From the human T2T-CHM13v2.0 reference genome, Homo sapiens, in the NCBI RefSeq assembly GCF_009914755.1, contig NC_060948.1: a stretch of 64,000 nucleotides of DNA. One strand, given 5' to 3'. Below the pieces are notes generated by a model that did no database searches, had not been told where the DNA came from, and saw nothing but the letters and a program-made list of their open reading frames with translations. Position numbers and translations under genes: made by a program. Within the stretch, counting starts at the first letter, position 1. The number at the start of each line of letters is the position of its first letter. This document shows, piece after piece, positions 1-14,180 of the stretch.

Positions 1-136
1 AAATCTTTCAAGCTCTTCAAGCTATAATAAAATGAACCTTTATTGAGAGATCGATAATTTATATACATGTTTCCTCTTATGCACCACACTAAAATAAAAA
101 ATAAAAGTAGTTAATATGTTTAGAAGGCAGGGTTCT

Positions 137-428
137 GGCTGGGGACGGTGGCTCACGCTTGTAATTGCAGCACTTTGGGAGGCCAAGGCAGGTGGATCAC
201 TTGAGAGTGGGAGTTTGAGACCAGCCTGGCCCACATGGTGAAACCCTGTCTCTACCAAAAATTCAAAAATTAGCTGGGCATGTTGGTGTGCGCGTACAGT
301 CCTAGTTACTCAGGGGGATGAAGTGGGATGATCACTTGAGTCCAGGAGGTTGAGGTTGCAGTGAGCCGAGATCATGCCACTGCAATCCAGCCTGGCAGAC
401 AGAGTAAGACCTGTGTCTCAAGAAGAAA
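137..428 (+). mobile_element. Alu SINE (AluJ/old AluS-like), full dimer
   Basis: GGCTGGGGACGGTGGCTCACGCTTGTAA start, central TCTACCAAAAATTCAAAAATTAGC linker, right arm GAGGTTGAGGTTGCAGTGAGCCGAGATCATGCCACTGCA, short A-rich tail. Confidence 0.95.
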
Positions 429-469
429 GCAGACAGAGTTCTGTACCAGTTGCTCTCCTCACTGCCTGG

Positions 470-600
470 TAACCCCAGGTATGTGAACACTCAATTTCTT
501 TGTATAAAATGGTGATAATAACATCAACGTGTCTTCCATCATAGAGTGGTTGTGAGGATCAAGTGGGATGACGTGTGTAATATACAGAGCACAAAACAAT
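470..600 (+). mobile_element. MIR fragment
   Basis: TGTATAAAATGGTGATAATAAC...GTGGTTGTGAGGATCAAGTGGGATGACGTGTGTAA resembles the MIR core. Confidence 0.7.
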
Positions 601-2097
601 CACGGGCAGTGGCGCTGGCCATGGTGAATTGGGGGACTACCCACCCGGGGATGGTGATGACAACAAGGTGTGGGACCATGAAATCCTTCCCCATTCCCAC
701 CCACACCTCTTAACCTCCATGCTCCCAAGTCAGTGCACTAGAAATATTTTAGTGGTCAATCAACCACTTTATATTTAAATGCTCCCTGAATAAAACATAA
801 AGCTTTAAAATTTTTATCTTATAATCTAAAAATGAATCTCTTGTCAAAACTAAGCAGTTTTGTGGCTTTAATCTTTGGTAAGCATGCTGTCAAAGTAAGT
901 TTAGCTTCATGGTTAAAAGAAAAAAATAAAAATGTTCTCAATGATCTTAAAGCAATTAAAAAAAAGGCTCCTACTGCAAATATGATTAAAGGCCTTAATG
1001 TCTTGTTTCTATTTGAACCCTAACCTTAAAATACAAAAGAAAACATAGTTCTCATAAAGTGACCAATCCCTCAGTGTTACTCCTAGGCAAATAAACAAAG
1101 GAATGATTTCTCTATTTGGATAGACATACCAATTGCAGCCTGTTGGTCTGTTTCTCAACCTGCTTATCAGAGTAACCTCTCCACTATTTTGTTTTCTAAT
1201 AGTTGCCTGATTTCGTTTACAAATTATGTAACCATGGGCAAGCTATATATCTCCCTCTCCATCTCTTGGGACCCTCATTTACAAAATGAAGACTAAATGG
1301 TCAATTGCAAAAGGATATTTCAACCTTAAAGGAGCTTTCAACTTTAAAATGCAATAATTTTAATGTTTCAATTTGGAGGCTAAGGTACCAGTTTCTAACT
1401 AAAAAGTAACATTGGATAATATAACAAATGTTTTCAATGTTAACTGAAAGAGTTCCCCAAAATCAGAGCTAAAGTTGGAATAAGGAACACCCACATGGCA
1501 TGTGTAGGTTGCTGGAGCAAGGAACAAAAGGCTAGAAGATATCCGCTTCCAGTGGGCAGGAGAAACACCACTGCTGCCTGAGGGTTCCAGCCTTCTGCCT
1601 GCCCAGGCACTAGGGATTCTGGGCTAAGTGTTCCCCAAGGGAGTGTGGAGAGCTGTTCTGGGGAGTTCTAGGGAAGAGATGCCTGTCCAGTGGTGGGAGA
1701 GAAAACTAATGTTTTAACTATTGCTGAGGATAATGGGTCCCCTTCATCCTAGAGGAGAGCTACAAGGAAAAGGCATGAGTTATTCTGAAGTTACTTTGGC
1801 TTCCTGGCCTTTGACCAGGACCTGACTCTAAGGCTGAACCACATGAACTGTCTCATCATAAGTTAAAATTTCTAATTATAACTTCATAGTGTGAAGATGA
1901 GGTACACTGGTGAGGCTGTCTTATCCACCTTTACCCTTCAGAAAGAGAAAACACCAGCCTATTCAGAGTGGGCAGACGCTGTGAGGGCTGATCACACTTT
2001 TTTCTCCACTTTCTACTCTGTCATGTTCTGTACTCTTAATTTACAGTGACCACACTCACCTCATCTGGGAAGGACACCCACGTGCTCCCACAATACC

Positions 2098-2264
2098 ATA
2101 ATCTTGGCTCACTGCAACCTCTGCCTCCTGGATTCCAGTGATCCTCCCACCTCAGCCTCCTGAGCAGCTGGGACTACAGGTGTGCACCAACATGCTTAGC
2201 TAATTCTTGTACTTTTAGTAGAGATCAGGTTTCATCACATTGGCCAGGCTGGTCTTGAACTCCT
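2098..2264 (-). mobile_element. Internal Alu fragment
   Basis: ATCTTGGCTCACTGCAACCTCTGCCTCC...TAGTAGAGATCAGGTTTCATCACATTGGCCAGGCTGGTCTTGAACTCCTG; both Alu ends missing. Confidence 0.9.
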
Positions 2265-4029
2265 GCTCATCTTCATCCCGAACCAGGGCTTTGTCGTGCT
2301 GCAGTGCAAAGGTCAGCTCTCTCTTGGCTTCTCCCTGACTTGGGCAGGGGCAGAGTCTCATCTCCTTATGAGACAGAGGGCTTGATGTGGATCCCAAGGC
2401 CAGTAACAGAGACATCCATGGGCCAGGGAAATAAAGTAAACAAGAGATACGAGCCAGGGGAAAAGCAATGAACATCGCGGCCTCATCTTGCCCAAGGGGG
2501 CAGCATTTTGCCCTTCTTGCCTGGTTACTGCTAAAGGGGAAGTGGGCCCAATGGTGCCAGAGCTTCTAACTCTTACTTTCAATAAGTCAGAAATCTTAAT
2601 CCTCCTAATCTTTAAATGTGGCAAGTAATTATAATTTTATTTTCAATCCCATATGGCCAAAGCCAAGACCTGTCAGGTTGCAGAGTATGGATGGGGCATT
2701 TGATAAAAGTAGGGCACGGATGTCTGCCCTCCTTCCTATCTCTGACCCTGGCACTGTCCAGGCGCAGTGTGACCATCAGTCATGCAGGGTGGAGGATGAC
2801 ATTCTGTTCATTCCCACACCAACACAAGGTACATCAAAGGCTTCAAGGACAAATCTGCAGGTATTTGATACTGGCCTCTATTTCCTAATTCTTTTTTTTT
2901 TTCTATATTGGCATTGAGACAAACACAAAGTTTAGAACCACATGATTACATTTTGAATCTTTTGGAATTTTTTGTTGTTGTTGTTCTGGACAGTATTACC
3001 AATAATCAGCTTTTCTAAAATCAAAATACAGAAACTACTGCTGAAAAGCTGTTTTGGGTGGTATGAGAGTCCAAACATCTTTTTAAATAAGTGTTTTGTT
3101 TTCCTTTCAGAAAATAACTCCATATAAATAAATAAACCATTATTCCAAGAGGTAAAAAAAAGGAAAAGAAAGGAATGAAAATAGAGAAAAAAAAATCCAC
3201 AAAACCACACATTTCTTAACACTCCTGGGATAAAGGAAATTTTGTTTTTGCTATGGCTATGTTTTGTTTAGGAAAAACATTCTGCAGCCCTATTTATTCC
3301 CTTGAAATAAAGCCCTTCAGACATTTGCAAAGGGCCAAAGTGAGGTCTTTGCTATTTCAGACTTTATTATTGGGAAAGTATCAGCCTCCAACACAAGAAA
3401 GAAACCACTGCATACAGCAACTACATATTTCACTCGGCTCTATAAAGCAGGAAACAGCAGGCTGAAATGCAAAAGTTACTATTATTTTGCCTGGAAATAA
3501 TTTCTGACTTTAACTTAATCATTCAACGTCTGACTTTGCTTTTCTAATTACATCAGCTGATGGATCTGTCAATATCAAGGAGCGCAATGTGAGAAAGACA
3601 CCATCTCCCTCAGGTAAGTTCGCTCACAGGTGAAGCTAATAATGACACTGCTCAACCAAATCTCTTTCTTTTTTTAAAAAAAGTTACTTCAAGACTGCTA
3701 GTGCTATAACATCAATGTGCCTGGGCTTTGCAGTAGATCCAATTTAGCAAAACATTAAAATCAATCACTTTTCAATGCAGGACTTTTTATTGTATAGGTA
3801 AGAAATGGGAGTCCAATTTTTAAAACAATGCTTGCAGAAGACAAAGCCTATTTCTTCCACATGTGTCATTTCTAAATCTGTGGAATAAGTGAGAATGTTT
3901 ATTCTAGGCCTCTAAAAATTTAGACTTCTGTCATCTTTTCATTAAACAAATTCATGTTTCTGAAACTTAAAAAAAAAATAAAACACATACATATCCAGGC
4001 TTAGGAGACCACACCATTAAAACACTATT

Positions 4030-4250
4030 TTTAAAATTTGAAGTAAAGTTTCCATAATATAAAATTAATCATTTTAAAGTGAACAATTTGGTGGCATTTA
4101 GTACACTCATGATGTTGCAAAACCATCAACTCCATGTGTAGGTTCTAGAACATTTTCATCAACCCAAAAGGAAACCCCACATCCATTAAGCAATTACTCT
4201 TTCCATTCCCCTCTCTCCCCCAGCCCTAGCAACCACCAATATGCTTTCAC
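4030..4250 (-). mobile_element. Old L1 (L1MB/ME-like) 3' end fragment
   Basis: TTTTAAAGTGAACAATTTGGTGGCATTTAGTACACTCA...CCCCCAGCCCTAGCAACCACCAAT is typical antisense L1M 3'UTR. Confidence 0.75.
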
Positions 4251-4264
4251 AAAAAACTATTCTT

Positions 4265-5312
4265 TTTAAAAATTCTATTTTAATTGATTTTTTGTGTACA
4301 TTTAAGGTGTACAACCTGATGCTTTGATGTACACATACTTAGTCAAATGATTACTACACTCAAGAAAGCCAACATAACAATCACATCACAAAGTTAGTTT
4401 TCTTTTTTGTGTGTGGGAAGAGTACCTAAAATCTATTCTCTTAGCAGATTTCCAGTATATAATATTATTAGCTATATTCCCCATGTTGTACATTAGATCA
4501 GTCCCCATGATGTGTATTAGATCTCTAGATTGACTTATCATACATAACTGCAACTTTGTACCTTTCACCTACATCTCCCCATCTCCCTGACCACCGCCCC
4601 CCAAACTACAGTTCTACTCTCTGTTTCTGTGTATTTGATTTTTAGTTTGATTGCACATAATATGTGAGATTATGTAGTATTTTTCCTTCTGTGTCTGGCT
4701 TATTTCACTTAGCAGAATGTCCTCTAGGTTCACCCATGCTATTGAAAATGGAGGATCACCTTCTTTTTTAAAGCTGAATAATATTCCATTGTGTATATAT
4801 ACCACAGTTTATTTATCCAATCATCTATTGATGGACATGTAGATTGTTTCCATATACTGGCTATTATGAATAATGCTGCAAATAAGATGGAGTGCAGATA
4901 TCCCTTTAACATACTGATTTCATTTCCTTTGGAGAAATACCCAGTAATGGGGTTGCTAGATCATATGGTATTTCTATTTTTCCTTTTTGATGAATCTCCA
5001 TATTGTCTTCCATAATGACTGTACTAGTTTACATTCCCACCAACCATGTGCAAGGTTTCTCTTATTCTCCACATTCTCACCAGCACTTGTTATCTCTTGT
5101 ATTTTTTATAGTAGCCATCCTAATACATGTTAACTCATATCTCACTATGGTTTTGATTTGCATTTCCCTGATAATCAGTTAGTTAATAAGCATTCTTTCC
5201 TACATGTGTGGGCCACTCTTATATCTCCTTTGGTGATATGTCTATTCAGGCCATCTGCCCATTTTTCAAGTTGTGTTATTTGTGGTTTTCCTATTGAGCT
5301 GAATGAGTTCTG
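4265..5312 (-). mobile_element. L1MA-like 3' fragment (ORF2 end plus 3'UTR), antisense
   Basis: TTTAAGGTGTACAACCTGATG, GCTGAATAATATTCCATTGTGTATATATACCAC, GCTATTATGAATAATGCTGCA; ORF 4614-4805 (AWVNLEDILLSEISQTQKEKY) is a degenerate L1 3' translation. Confidence 0.9.
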
Positions 5313-5596
5313 AAACACTGTTCTTAATAATTTAATTAAACCATGGATGAACACACAGTGGAATCTCAGTAAGATTAAAATAATTTCTTTAAGCTTATAT
5401 AAACCTAAGATTCTGCAGGTCAGTCAGAGAGTAACTGGCAAAGCAACAGATGCCTGATCAAATGAATTAAGTTGCAGGCTGTCGGACCACAAATGACTGT
5501 TAAACATCAGACTGCCATGACAATGGGAGAGGGGGAAAGGTAAATTGTTATTGCTTTGCTTGTCATTTCAGAGAATCACACATAGTCAGTAAATTA

Positions 5597-5627
5597 CACA
5601 CACACACACATGCACACACACACACAC
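5597..5627. repeat. (CA)n microsatellite
   Basis: Interrupted CA run seen directly. Confidence 0.95.
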
Positions 5628-6246
5628 CCCACTGTGCTGTAAAAATTCAGTGTCCAGGTATTTGTAATGAGACTGCCTCAATAATTTCTATTGACTGTAT
5701 CTATTAATAAAACTCAGAAGATGGCATTATTGCTCACCTCACCAGTCCATTTTGTCAGAGAAGACACAGATTAAGATATATCAAGAACCCTTTTTAAGAA
5801 ACACCAAGTGCCCTGATGCTTAGATTTAGTAGTGGGTACTCAAATATTAAAAGCAACCAGCTAGAAATGGAACCTGGAGTATTAATAAAGTATTTCATAC
5901 ATTTAAAAGTACTTCTGTCAGAGAAGACACAAAGGATCACCAGTTATTCAGAACTGGTAACCAAACTCACCCATACCAAATCCAAGAGGAGCTTTTTGTG
6001 ACTCAGAAGAAAGGATATTGTGAATGTTTTAAGCCATTTTCCTAAGGAGTATGATAGCTGACATTCTTGGTAGTTCTTCTCATTTTGAGAGTACATTGCA
6101 CTGATGGCATCAAAGACAGCCATTAATGAATATGTACAAATAATATAAAAATTAAACTACTGTATTTACAATGCAAAATGATTTGTCATATAAATCCTGT
6201 CCGGATTTTCAATTATAAAGTCTCAAGACTTAATTTCTTCATGTCC

Positions 6247-6984
6247 TTATGGGTTTTTTCCAGGCACTCCAGCTTCCTGCCACATCCCAAAGGTGTCCAC
6301 GTTAGGTTAACAGGCATGTCTACATTGTCCCAGTCTGAGGGAGTGTGAGAGTGTGTGAGAGACTACTCCTGCAATTGAATGACATCCTGTCCAGGGCTGG
6401 TGCCTGCCTTGCATCCTAACCTTCTGGCACAGCCTCCAGCCATCCAAGAAGCTGAACTGGAATACATCAGTTGGAAAATGAATGAAGGAATGAATACAAA
6501 TAATTGTAAAATAAAAATGTGTACAGTCCATGATAATCACACAGATGCGCAACCATTAACAATGTGGGATGAAAGCACCTGGTGAGCCCACCGGATTTGT
6601 TATTGTTTTTTAACTTCCTGGTGGGGGGAAGTGCTTCTTACGAATTTCACTTTGTAAACATTTATTCCCTGATTTCACCCACTACCGCTACAACCACTAT
6701 CACTCACTGTTTTACAAAAAATTGGGCAAGTCATTATCTTATTTGTTTTTATTAATCTTTCTTTACTGTATGTACAGCTCACATTTATTTCCATGTTTAG
6801 TATTAGAAATATTTTGGCCTTTATGGAGAAGTTTGGTAATGTTTTTGTGAACAGAAATATGCCATAGGAATTTAAGTCTTGATTTTCTCAATTAGCCTAT
6901 GGTAAAATTGGTTTCATGATACATTGTTTCATTTACAGTTGCAGTTTCCAAGAACCTACTGACAATGTTAAGTGAGGACTTACT
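6247..6984 (+). mobile_element. MER6-like non-autonomous TcMar-Tigger DNA transposon, 5' truncated
   Basis: CCACATCCCAAAGGTGTCCACGTTAGGTTAA, AATTAGCCTATGGTAAAATTGGTTTC and terminal GTTAAGTGAGGACTTACT match the MER6 consensus as recalled. Confidence 0.8.
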
Positions 6985-7754
6985 ATGCAGAAATAAACAG
7001 TACCAAAAACAATGCTGCTGCAGCCAAGCTCTTAGAGAAAACATATAAGAAAAATAATGCGTCTTTAAAGGCACTTTTGAGGAGTCTCAGTTTCAACTAA
7101 GAGTATGATTGCTCTGATATCTTCTCAGAAAAGTGTCTTGAAGGCACAGGATCCCACTAAAGGAGAACCTTTGATGGGTATCAGGTGCTGAGTCTGCAAA
7201 CACTCTCTGACCCACAGTGATTATAAATATCCAGTATAAGCCAGACATGCTTAATTTCAGGGTACGATGAAAGAAAATAACCAAAGTAAATATTTGAAAA
7301 GCAAATTCAACTTTTCAGTTTAAATTTTAAAAATGTTATTCAAAGACATTTATAAAGAGAGAGTGACATAATTAAGGAAAGCAAAATGCAAATAACATGT
7401 TACTGACCTTCTCCATGTCCCAGGACTTCCTGCCCACAGTGCAGAAATAGAAGGCAGAGGACAGAAGTCTAAGGTAGAGGTGAACAAGGCATTATGCCAG
7501 AACTCTCTGAGGAATATGAGCTCCATCTGATCTGTGCTTCCTTGGATGAAAAGGCTGCCACTGTAACCAGGTCTCCTTAGTCACCTCTCTGCTTTCCTAA
7601 TGAGAATCATTTCCATAGTTCCTAATAGTTTCTATCACGATGCTTTTCTAAAATCCCACTCTTATATATCTTTACAGGGGCAATTGCCAAATTGCCCCAC
7701 ATTGCTCTTATCAATTCATAATCCATCTATGGAATGAGACCATGCCATATTGAC

Positions 7755-7935
7755 TTCTCAGCAAAGTGGCAGCTGCTGAGCACAACTGCATCAGGATCAC
7801 CTGGGGGTGGGAAGAATGTGTTCACATTAGGAATGAGCATCCCAGGCTGTACCACAGACCTACTCAATCAGACCAGCATTTCAACAACCATGCTTATTGA
7901 CTTGTTTGCTCACTCAAGTCTGAAGATGATTCTGT
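7755..7935. mobile_element. MER5-like hAT-Charlie relic
   Basis: CTGCATCAGGATCACCTGGG...CACAGACCTACTCAATCAG...GCTCACTCAAGTCTGAAGA. Confidence 0.6.
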
Positions 7936-8079
7936 GAGAGGCAGTCTAGAGCCATGTTTAAAAAAAAAAAAAACACTGTGAAGCCAAGGGTGAGCTCACT
8001 GAGAAACAGTTCCCAATCAATTCATAAGGTCTGCAAGGTGGCAGGAGTGGGAGAATCAGGGTAGATGGATATTTAAGAC

Positions 8080-8350
8080 ACCAATCTTTCCTTCTCCTCC
8101 CCTCCTCATTCCCAGACTGCCTAGAGAACTCCTACTCATCCTTCATAACTCTTTCTAGAAGAGACTTCTTCAACCCACAAGCCAAGGCCTCCCTCCTTGT
8201 GTCAAGGCACTATCTAGATCTAGTACTCACTATCACAGTTTTCTAGAATGTCTTTCAGTGAAGCCAGGGACTTTTTCTTGTTCATTTTGTTCTCCTCACA
8301 ACTAGTTTTTTGCCTAGTACATAACTAGAAGTCAATAAATCCTTATCAAA
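8080..8350 (+). mobile_element. L2 3' fragment
   Basis: AACTCCTACTCATCCTTCA...AGCCAGGGACTTTTTCTTGTTCA...TGCCTAGTACATAACTAGAAGTCAATAAAT. Confidence 0.55.
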
Positions 8351-10014
8351 TTAATACATGATTGAGAAAACAAAAACAAAGGATAGAGCAAATACAGAAC
8401 CAGTTACTAAGAAGGACAAGACAGCAAAACCCAGCCTCCTACTCTCCACCATGCTGTCTCCCATAAAGATCTCAGGTCTTCCAAGGGTAAGGAAAAAAAA
8501 GCTGATAAATGAGGACTGGTGGCCAGCAACCTCCTCACTGCAGCCAGGCTTTATATCTAGGCCATAAACACCTCCTTGCTCACAGGAGCTAGACCCTGTG
8601 ATCAGCAAACAGCTGCAACAACAGCAGCGTGTGGCCTGCCCAGCTTGTTTAGGTGGTGTGTGTTTGTTAGAAAAACTTGCTCTGTGGTGTTTCTTTATAA
8701 CGACTACTTGGAGAAATGATGTTATTTTTAGGGGGTGGGGAATATCAAAGAGGCTTATTTGGCAAAAGCCACAATCTGCTCACTTCCACTTTGTGTGAGT
8801 ATGTGAAAATCCTCACTCTAGTAGCCAGGAGTTTTCAAATCCACTGGGAAGAGACTCCAAAAACAGGTTGGTGGCAGGAAAACACAACCCTAGGATGACA
8901 AGTGTGCAAATTAACACTGAAACCATGCAAATGACCAGTGCTGACAGATGAAAACACTGAGGTCAGCTATATGTAAGGATTAAGAAAATTCTAAATAGGG
9001 AAGCATTCTGCCCACAAATGTCATTATGAGAGGACATTAACACCAGTCTTTTATGGTTCTCAAAGCCCAGTATATTGGTGTTGGGGGTGTAGTTGTCTGC
9101 AGTGTTCAAAGGACAGTGGCACTGAAAACTTAGGACTCAGAGCCGCTCTCCTCTTAACTCTTAAAGCTCTCAGATAATCAACTAGTAGAGTCAAAATAAA
9201 CTAATTGCGGACTACTAATGCACATGGCAAAAACTCAACGGATATGCTAGTCAACAAATTCTTCATCTGCTGTTCTGTCAAGATGATAATGAAACATCAG
9301 ACAATCTGTGAGAACATGATGCCAAGAGGAAGAAATACAAATTGGGCTCCTATATTCCTTATGAAAATTAGAAGATTCTAAACTAATCAATTAGCTTTAC
9401 ATCCCCCACCACCTCCCCCAATCTCTGCATAATCATTTCACTTCATGAAATTTCTTAGGAATCCACTTACTATTCTGTGATCATAGACAGCAAATGAAAA
9501 TTAAGTTCTCTGTAGAACAGGAGAAACTTTGCATTGTAATGTAAAACGAGCTGATTAAGGGCACTTAATCCAAGAACAGCTAATTCTTAAGACCTCAAAG
9601 CAGAGTGGATTAAACATAAGGAAGGACGTATGCAGCCCGCTTCTGATCACACAGAAGAATGGATTCTGAGACTTGACAGGCTGCCTTATTAACAATTACA
9701 GTAACTAGGACTGTTCTTTTCAAAAGAATGCCTTGCAAGTTAGAATAAATACCCCATCTTTGGATATCTGAGGTAGAAAGAATACCCCTTCTTTTAGAAA
9801 ATAAGTTACTCTGGGCTTTGGGAGCATCCTGAAAGAAGAGAGGAAGCTCAAGGAGAATGGTTTATCTTTCTGAATGGTTTGTCTTTCTAATTTCATCTCA
9901 CTCAACTCCTTACATATTGGAAGGTGATTGCAAACTCTGGTATGTTAGGAATAAATTTCTATTAAAAAGCAATAAACACCCTCCACTGACCAAACTCTTA
10001 GAAAAGGATTACAG

Positions 10015-10316
10015 AACCACTTTCCACTTTGAAAAATTCCTGAGGTCGCCCCTAAGAACTTTTGTTTATGTGGGTTACATCTATTTATATTCATCAAATT
10101 AGAACACTTAAAACTAAGACATTTTAAAAATAAGAATATCCAAGCACACATGTTAATTAGTGATGATGCCATTATGTGTCATGTAACCAATGGAAAACTC
10201 CATTGCACACTTGTCAGAGGAGAAGAGTGAAAAAGGCGAACAAAGATCTTAGTATCATTTTGAAAATATTTGGGACCTCCCAGGGGTCCCCAGATCACAC
10301 TCTGAGAACCACTGGA
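10015..10316. mobile_element. hAT-Charlie family DNA transposon fragment
   Basis: Ends in CAGGGGTCCCCAGATCACACTCTGAGAACCACTG, a Charlie-type terminus. Confidence 0.6.
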
Positions 10317-10679
10317 CTAGAGTCATGTCTGGTTGACACAGAAGTGTGTTAGAGTTCTAGAGATGTAACTCTTTCAAGAACTACTTCTGTCATAAAAAGA
10401 AACATTCTGTTTATTACATGTCAGTAAAAAGTTTTTTTTTAAATAATAGATGCCAGCACTATAAGAACTTTAATAAGTATATGTAAAGCTTTCTGGTAGC
10501 TGGCAGGAAAACTGGCTCTTTAATCTTTTACAGTTCACCACATTTGTTTTACAGCCTCTGCAAGTACAGATGAGTCACTGCTTCTACACCGAGCTGTGCA
10601 GTGTTTCTACCAAGGGCCAGGCCTGTCTGGGTAAATCCATTCCCTTCAGCAAACACTGCAGGCAGGCAAGTCACCTTAA

Positions 10680-10905
10680 GAAGCAGTTTAACTCAGTGGT
10701 TAAGGGCCCAGGCTCTGGATTTAGACTTCCTGGGTTCAAATCCTGGCTTGTGTTCTTGCCAAATGACCTTGGGTGAGTTCTTAATCTTCCTCCAAGTATA
10801 AAAAGGGACAATAACAATATTTACCTGGTAGGATCTTCACAGGAAACCTATGAAGGCTTACATTTCTAGGACATAGTAGTATTCAATAAATGCCAGTTAT
10901 CATTA
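10680..10905 (+). mobile_element. MIR
   Basis: CAGTGGTTAAGGGCCCAGGCTCTGGA...CCTGGGTTCAAATCCTGGCT...TGACCTTGGGTGAGTTCTTAATC. Confidence 0.85.
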
Positions 10906-11194
10906 TACCTTCTTTTACGATATACAAAGCATCCCAAAAGTCTCAATACAGTTTTATGCTGAAATTTCAGAACTATAAGCATTACAAACTTACCTAAAAT
11001 ACCATTCATGTAGATCTATAAATTTTAAGTAATAAAATTTTTATTTTTTGTTTCAGTCCTGCTGATTCAAAGTGGCTACTGCTGACTGAAACAAAAATTA
11101 CATTATTAATCTTATGGGGGTGTGGGGAATAATTGTACACACAACTGTTAGACAAAGAAGATATTTTACCATTAAGACTTAATTCGATAGACAT

Positions 11195-11617
11195 TGCTGT
11201 GGTCTGAGTATGTCTCCCCAAAATTCATGTGTTGGAAACTAAATCCTCAATGCAACAGTGTTGGGTGGTGGGTCCTTTTCAGAGGTGCTTAGGTCAGGAG
11301 GGCTCAGCCTTTATATGTGGATTAATATCATTATAAATGGTTTCACAGACAGAGTTTGGTCCCTTTTGCCTTCTGCCTTCCACCATGTGAGGACACAGCA
11401 TTCCTCTCCTCTGGAGGACACAGAAACAAGGCACCATCTTGGAAGTGGAGATCAGCCCTTACCAGACAACAAACCTGTCAGCAACTTGATCTTTGACTTC
11501 TTAGCCTCCAGAACTGCAAGCAAGCAAGCAAACAAACAAACTAACAAAAAACTCTGTTCTTTATAAATTACCCAGTCTTGGGTATTTTGTTTCAACAACA
11601 GACAGTGGACTAAGACA
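11195..11617. mobile_element. MaLR solo LTR (MST/MLT1A-like) inserted in an L2 3' end
   Basis: TG...CA termini (TGCTGTGGTCTGAG...GGACTAAGACA); 5-bp target duplication GACAT at 11190-11194 and 11618-11622; continues into L2-like ATTTACTGAGCACCTACTATGTGCC. Confidence 0.9.
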
Positions 11618-12303
11618 GACATTTACTGAGCACCTACTATGTGCCATGCTTGTGCTAGGTACCAGGAAGATAAAAGGAAACAAGACAAGATGATTAACCA
11701 ATGGAGGTTTACAAAGCCAGCAGGGGAAAGTGTGGAAACACATTGATATAGAATGTGTTCTGCTGTATTACTCAGGTCCTGGTATGCTCAGCATGCTGGG
11801 GTTTCAGGTAATGGGTGATATTCCCAGGATACAGCCTAAAGGAAAAGGAATAGTGTTCCCCTCACTGACATCTGGAAGACATTTTCCCTCTTTGTGATGT
11901 GAATTTTTCCTTCACTTGTCATTAATTCTGTTCACCTTCAAGAAGCCCATCTATCTATAGCTTTGCCTTTGCAGTATCTTTTCTATAGTAGATCTTTATT
12001 GAGCTTTTCCATCTTTGTAAATTGTAAATTGTCCTTTCAACATGCATAATGACACACTCTATTTACATATCATAGCAACAGCCTCTTATTTAGATGTCAA
12101 ATTCCAGCAACTAAAAACTCAGATCCACAAAACATCAAGAAGCCAAATAATTCTCAAAACCATGATACTTTCAATAAACTTCAGTCCCCTTTGTGCAGTC
12201 CTTCAGGCCATATAGCTGTTCTTTTTAAATACACATTTATAATGAGTCTGCTCATCTGTTTTTCTAGCAGATTAGAAGTACAAAAATCAGGGGAGGCATT
12301 TGA

Positions 12304-12784
<481 letters not shown>

Positions 12785-12944
12785 ACTGCTGTGTTTTCTG
12801 AAGGAAATTAGTTTTAACAAAACCAGAAAGGACTAAGTAATATCCACAAAGTATATCAGACACCTAAACTCTTACATGAAGAGTTACATGACCTAGTGAA
12901 AAACTATTTTTAATTTTCTCCTATCTCAAAACATTGAAAATTAC

Positions 12945-13175
12945 AAATCCTAGCACTTTAGGAGGCTGAAGCAGTAGCTTCTCCTTTAAACATTTAAAAT
13001 TTAGTCAGATACGGACGTGTGTGCCTGTATCCCAGCTGCTTGGGAGGCTTAGGTGGGGGCATTGCTTAAGCTCAAGGGTTCAAGGCTACAGTGAGCTGTG
13101 ATTGTGCCACTGCACTCAGTCTGGGTGACAGAGCGACACCCTGTTTCTAAAATAATAATAAGTAAATAAATAAAT
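12945..13175 (+). mobile_element. Internally deleted old Alu (AluJ/FRAM-like)
   Basis: AATCCTAGCACTTTAGGAGGCTGA, then right arm TGCCTGTATCCCAGCTGCTTGGGAGGCT...GGGTGACAGAGCGACACCCTG and a TAAA tail. Confidence 0.85.
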
Positions 13176-14121
13176 GTTTAAAATGAAACTCAACTCTACA
13201 TTAAAAATTTTTAATTTTTCTTAAAAATTCTAGTCCATGTGCAAAACTCACTGGCTTTAAATAAGCTGTCACTTATATCTAGTCAATATCATTATGCTAT
13301 AGAAAAAAAGTTGAAAAAGGAACATATAGAATTATTATCCATTGTTGTTTATTTAAATGCTAGAAAAAAAACTCTAAGATTTATGTACAATAAGTTTTGA
13401 GAGAAGTTTATCATTTTTGGTTCCTGTAACTTTTAGTTATTTGACATTTGTAAACTAAACTAGAAAACTAAGAAAATTAAATGTGATAACTGAAGCCAAG
13501 GCATTTTTAAGAACATGAATTTTCCATATTATTGACTTATTTCAACACTTTGAGTGGACATAGCTTTATTGCAAATTTTTATGAATTTTAGAGTTGATTC
13601 AGAAATTACAATGTAAGTATTATGTGAAATCAGATAATAAGGTAATATGTAAAATATGCCTGGTGGAAGGAGTAAATTGTGTGGATTATTCTGGCCCTGC
13701 AAAATACAGAAGTGTCTCAATTTCTCTTTTTCCACTGTGATTTTTATCTGTTGTGTTATTTTGATATTTGTACATTTATTGGGAGCTGGCAGGGTGAGTT
13801 GCACATTGGTAGCATTTATATTAACTAAATTTTGTTTTCATTTTAGAAACAAATTTCTCCTCTCTTCATTTTTTCTGCTGCCCAAGCCCAGCAGGCTTAT
13901 AAATAAATACACAGCCCACAGGGAAGACTTGAGGAGGTTCAAGTAGACATTTCATTTGAATTTCCTGAGCCTGGTTTTATCTTAACAGCCCTATACTCTT
14001 TGGACCACATCTGGGCAAGCGAAGTGAAGTGGGAGATAAAATAATTGGATCAATGATGTCAACAATGAATGCTGCTGTCCCAAACCAAAACCACACATTT
14101 CAGACAGAGGCTAGGTGGGGA

Positions 14122-14152
<31 letters not shown>

Positions 14153-14180
14153 CATGTGTGTGTGTGTGTGTGTGTGTGTG
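14122..14180. repeat. (TA)n(TG)n compound microsatellite
   Basis: Seen directly. Confidence 0.95.
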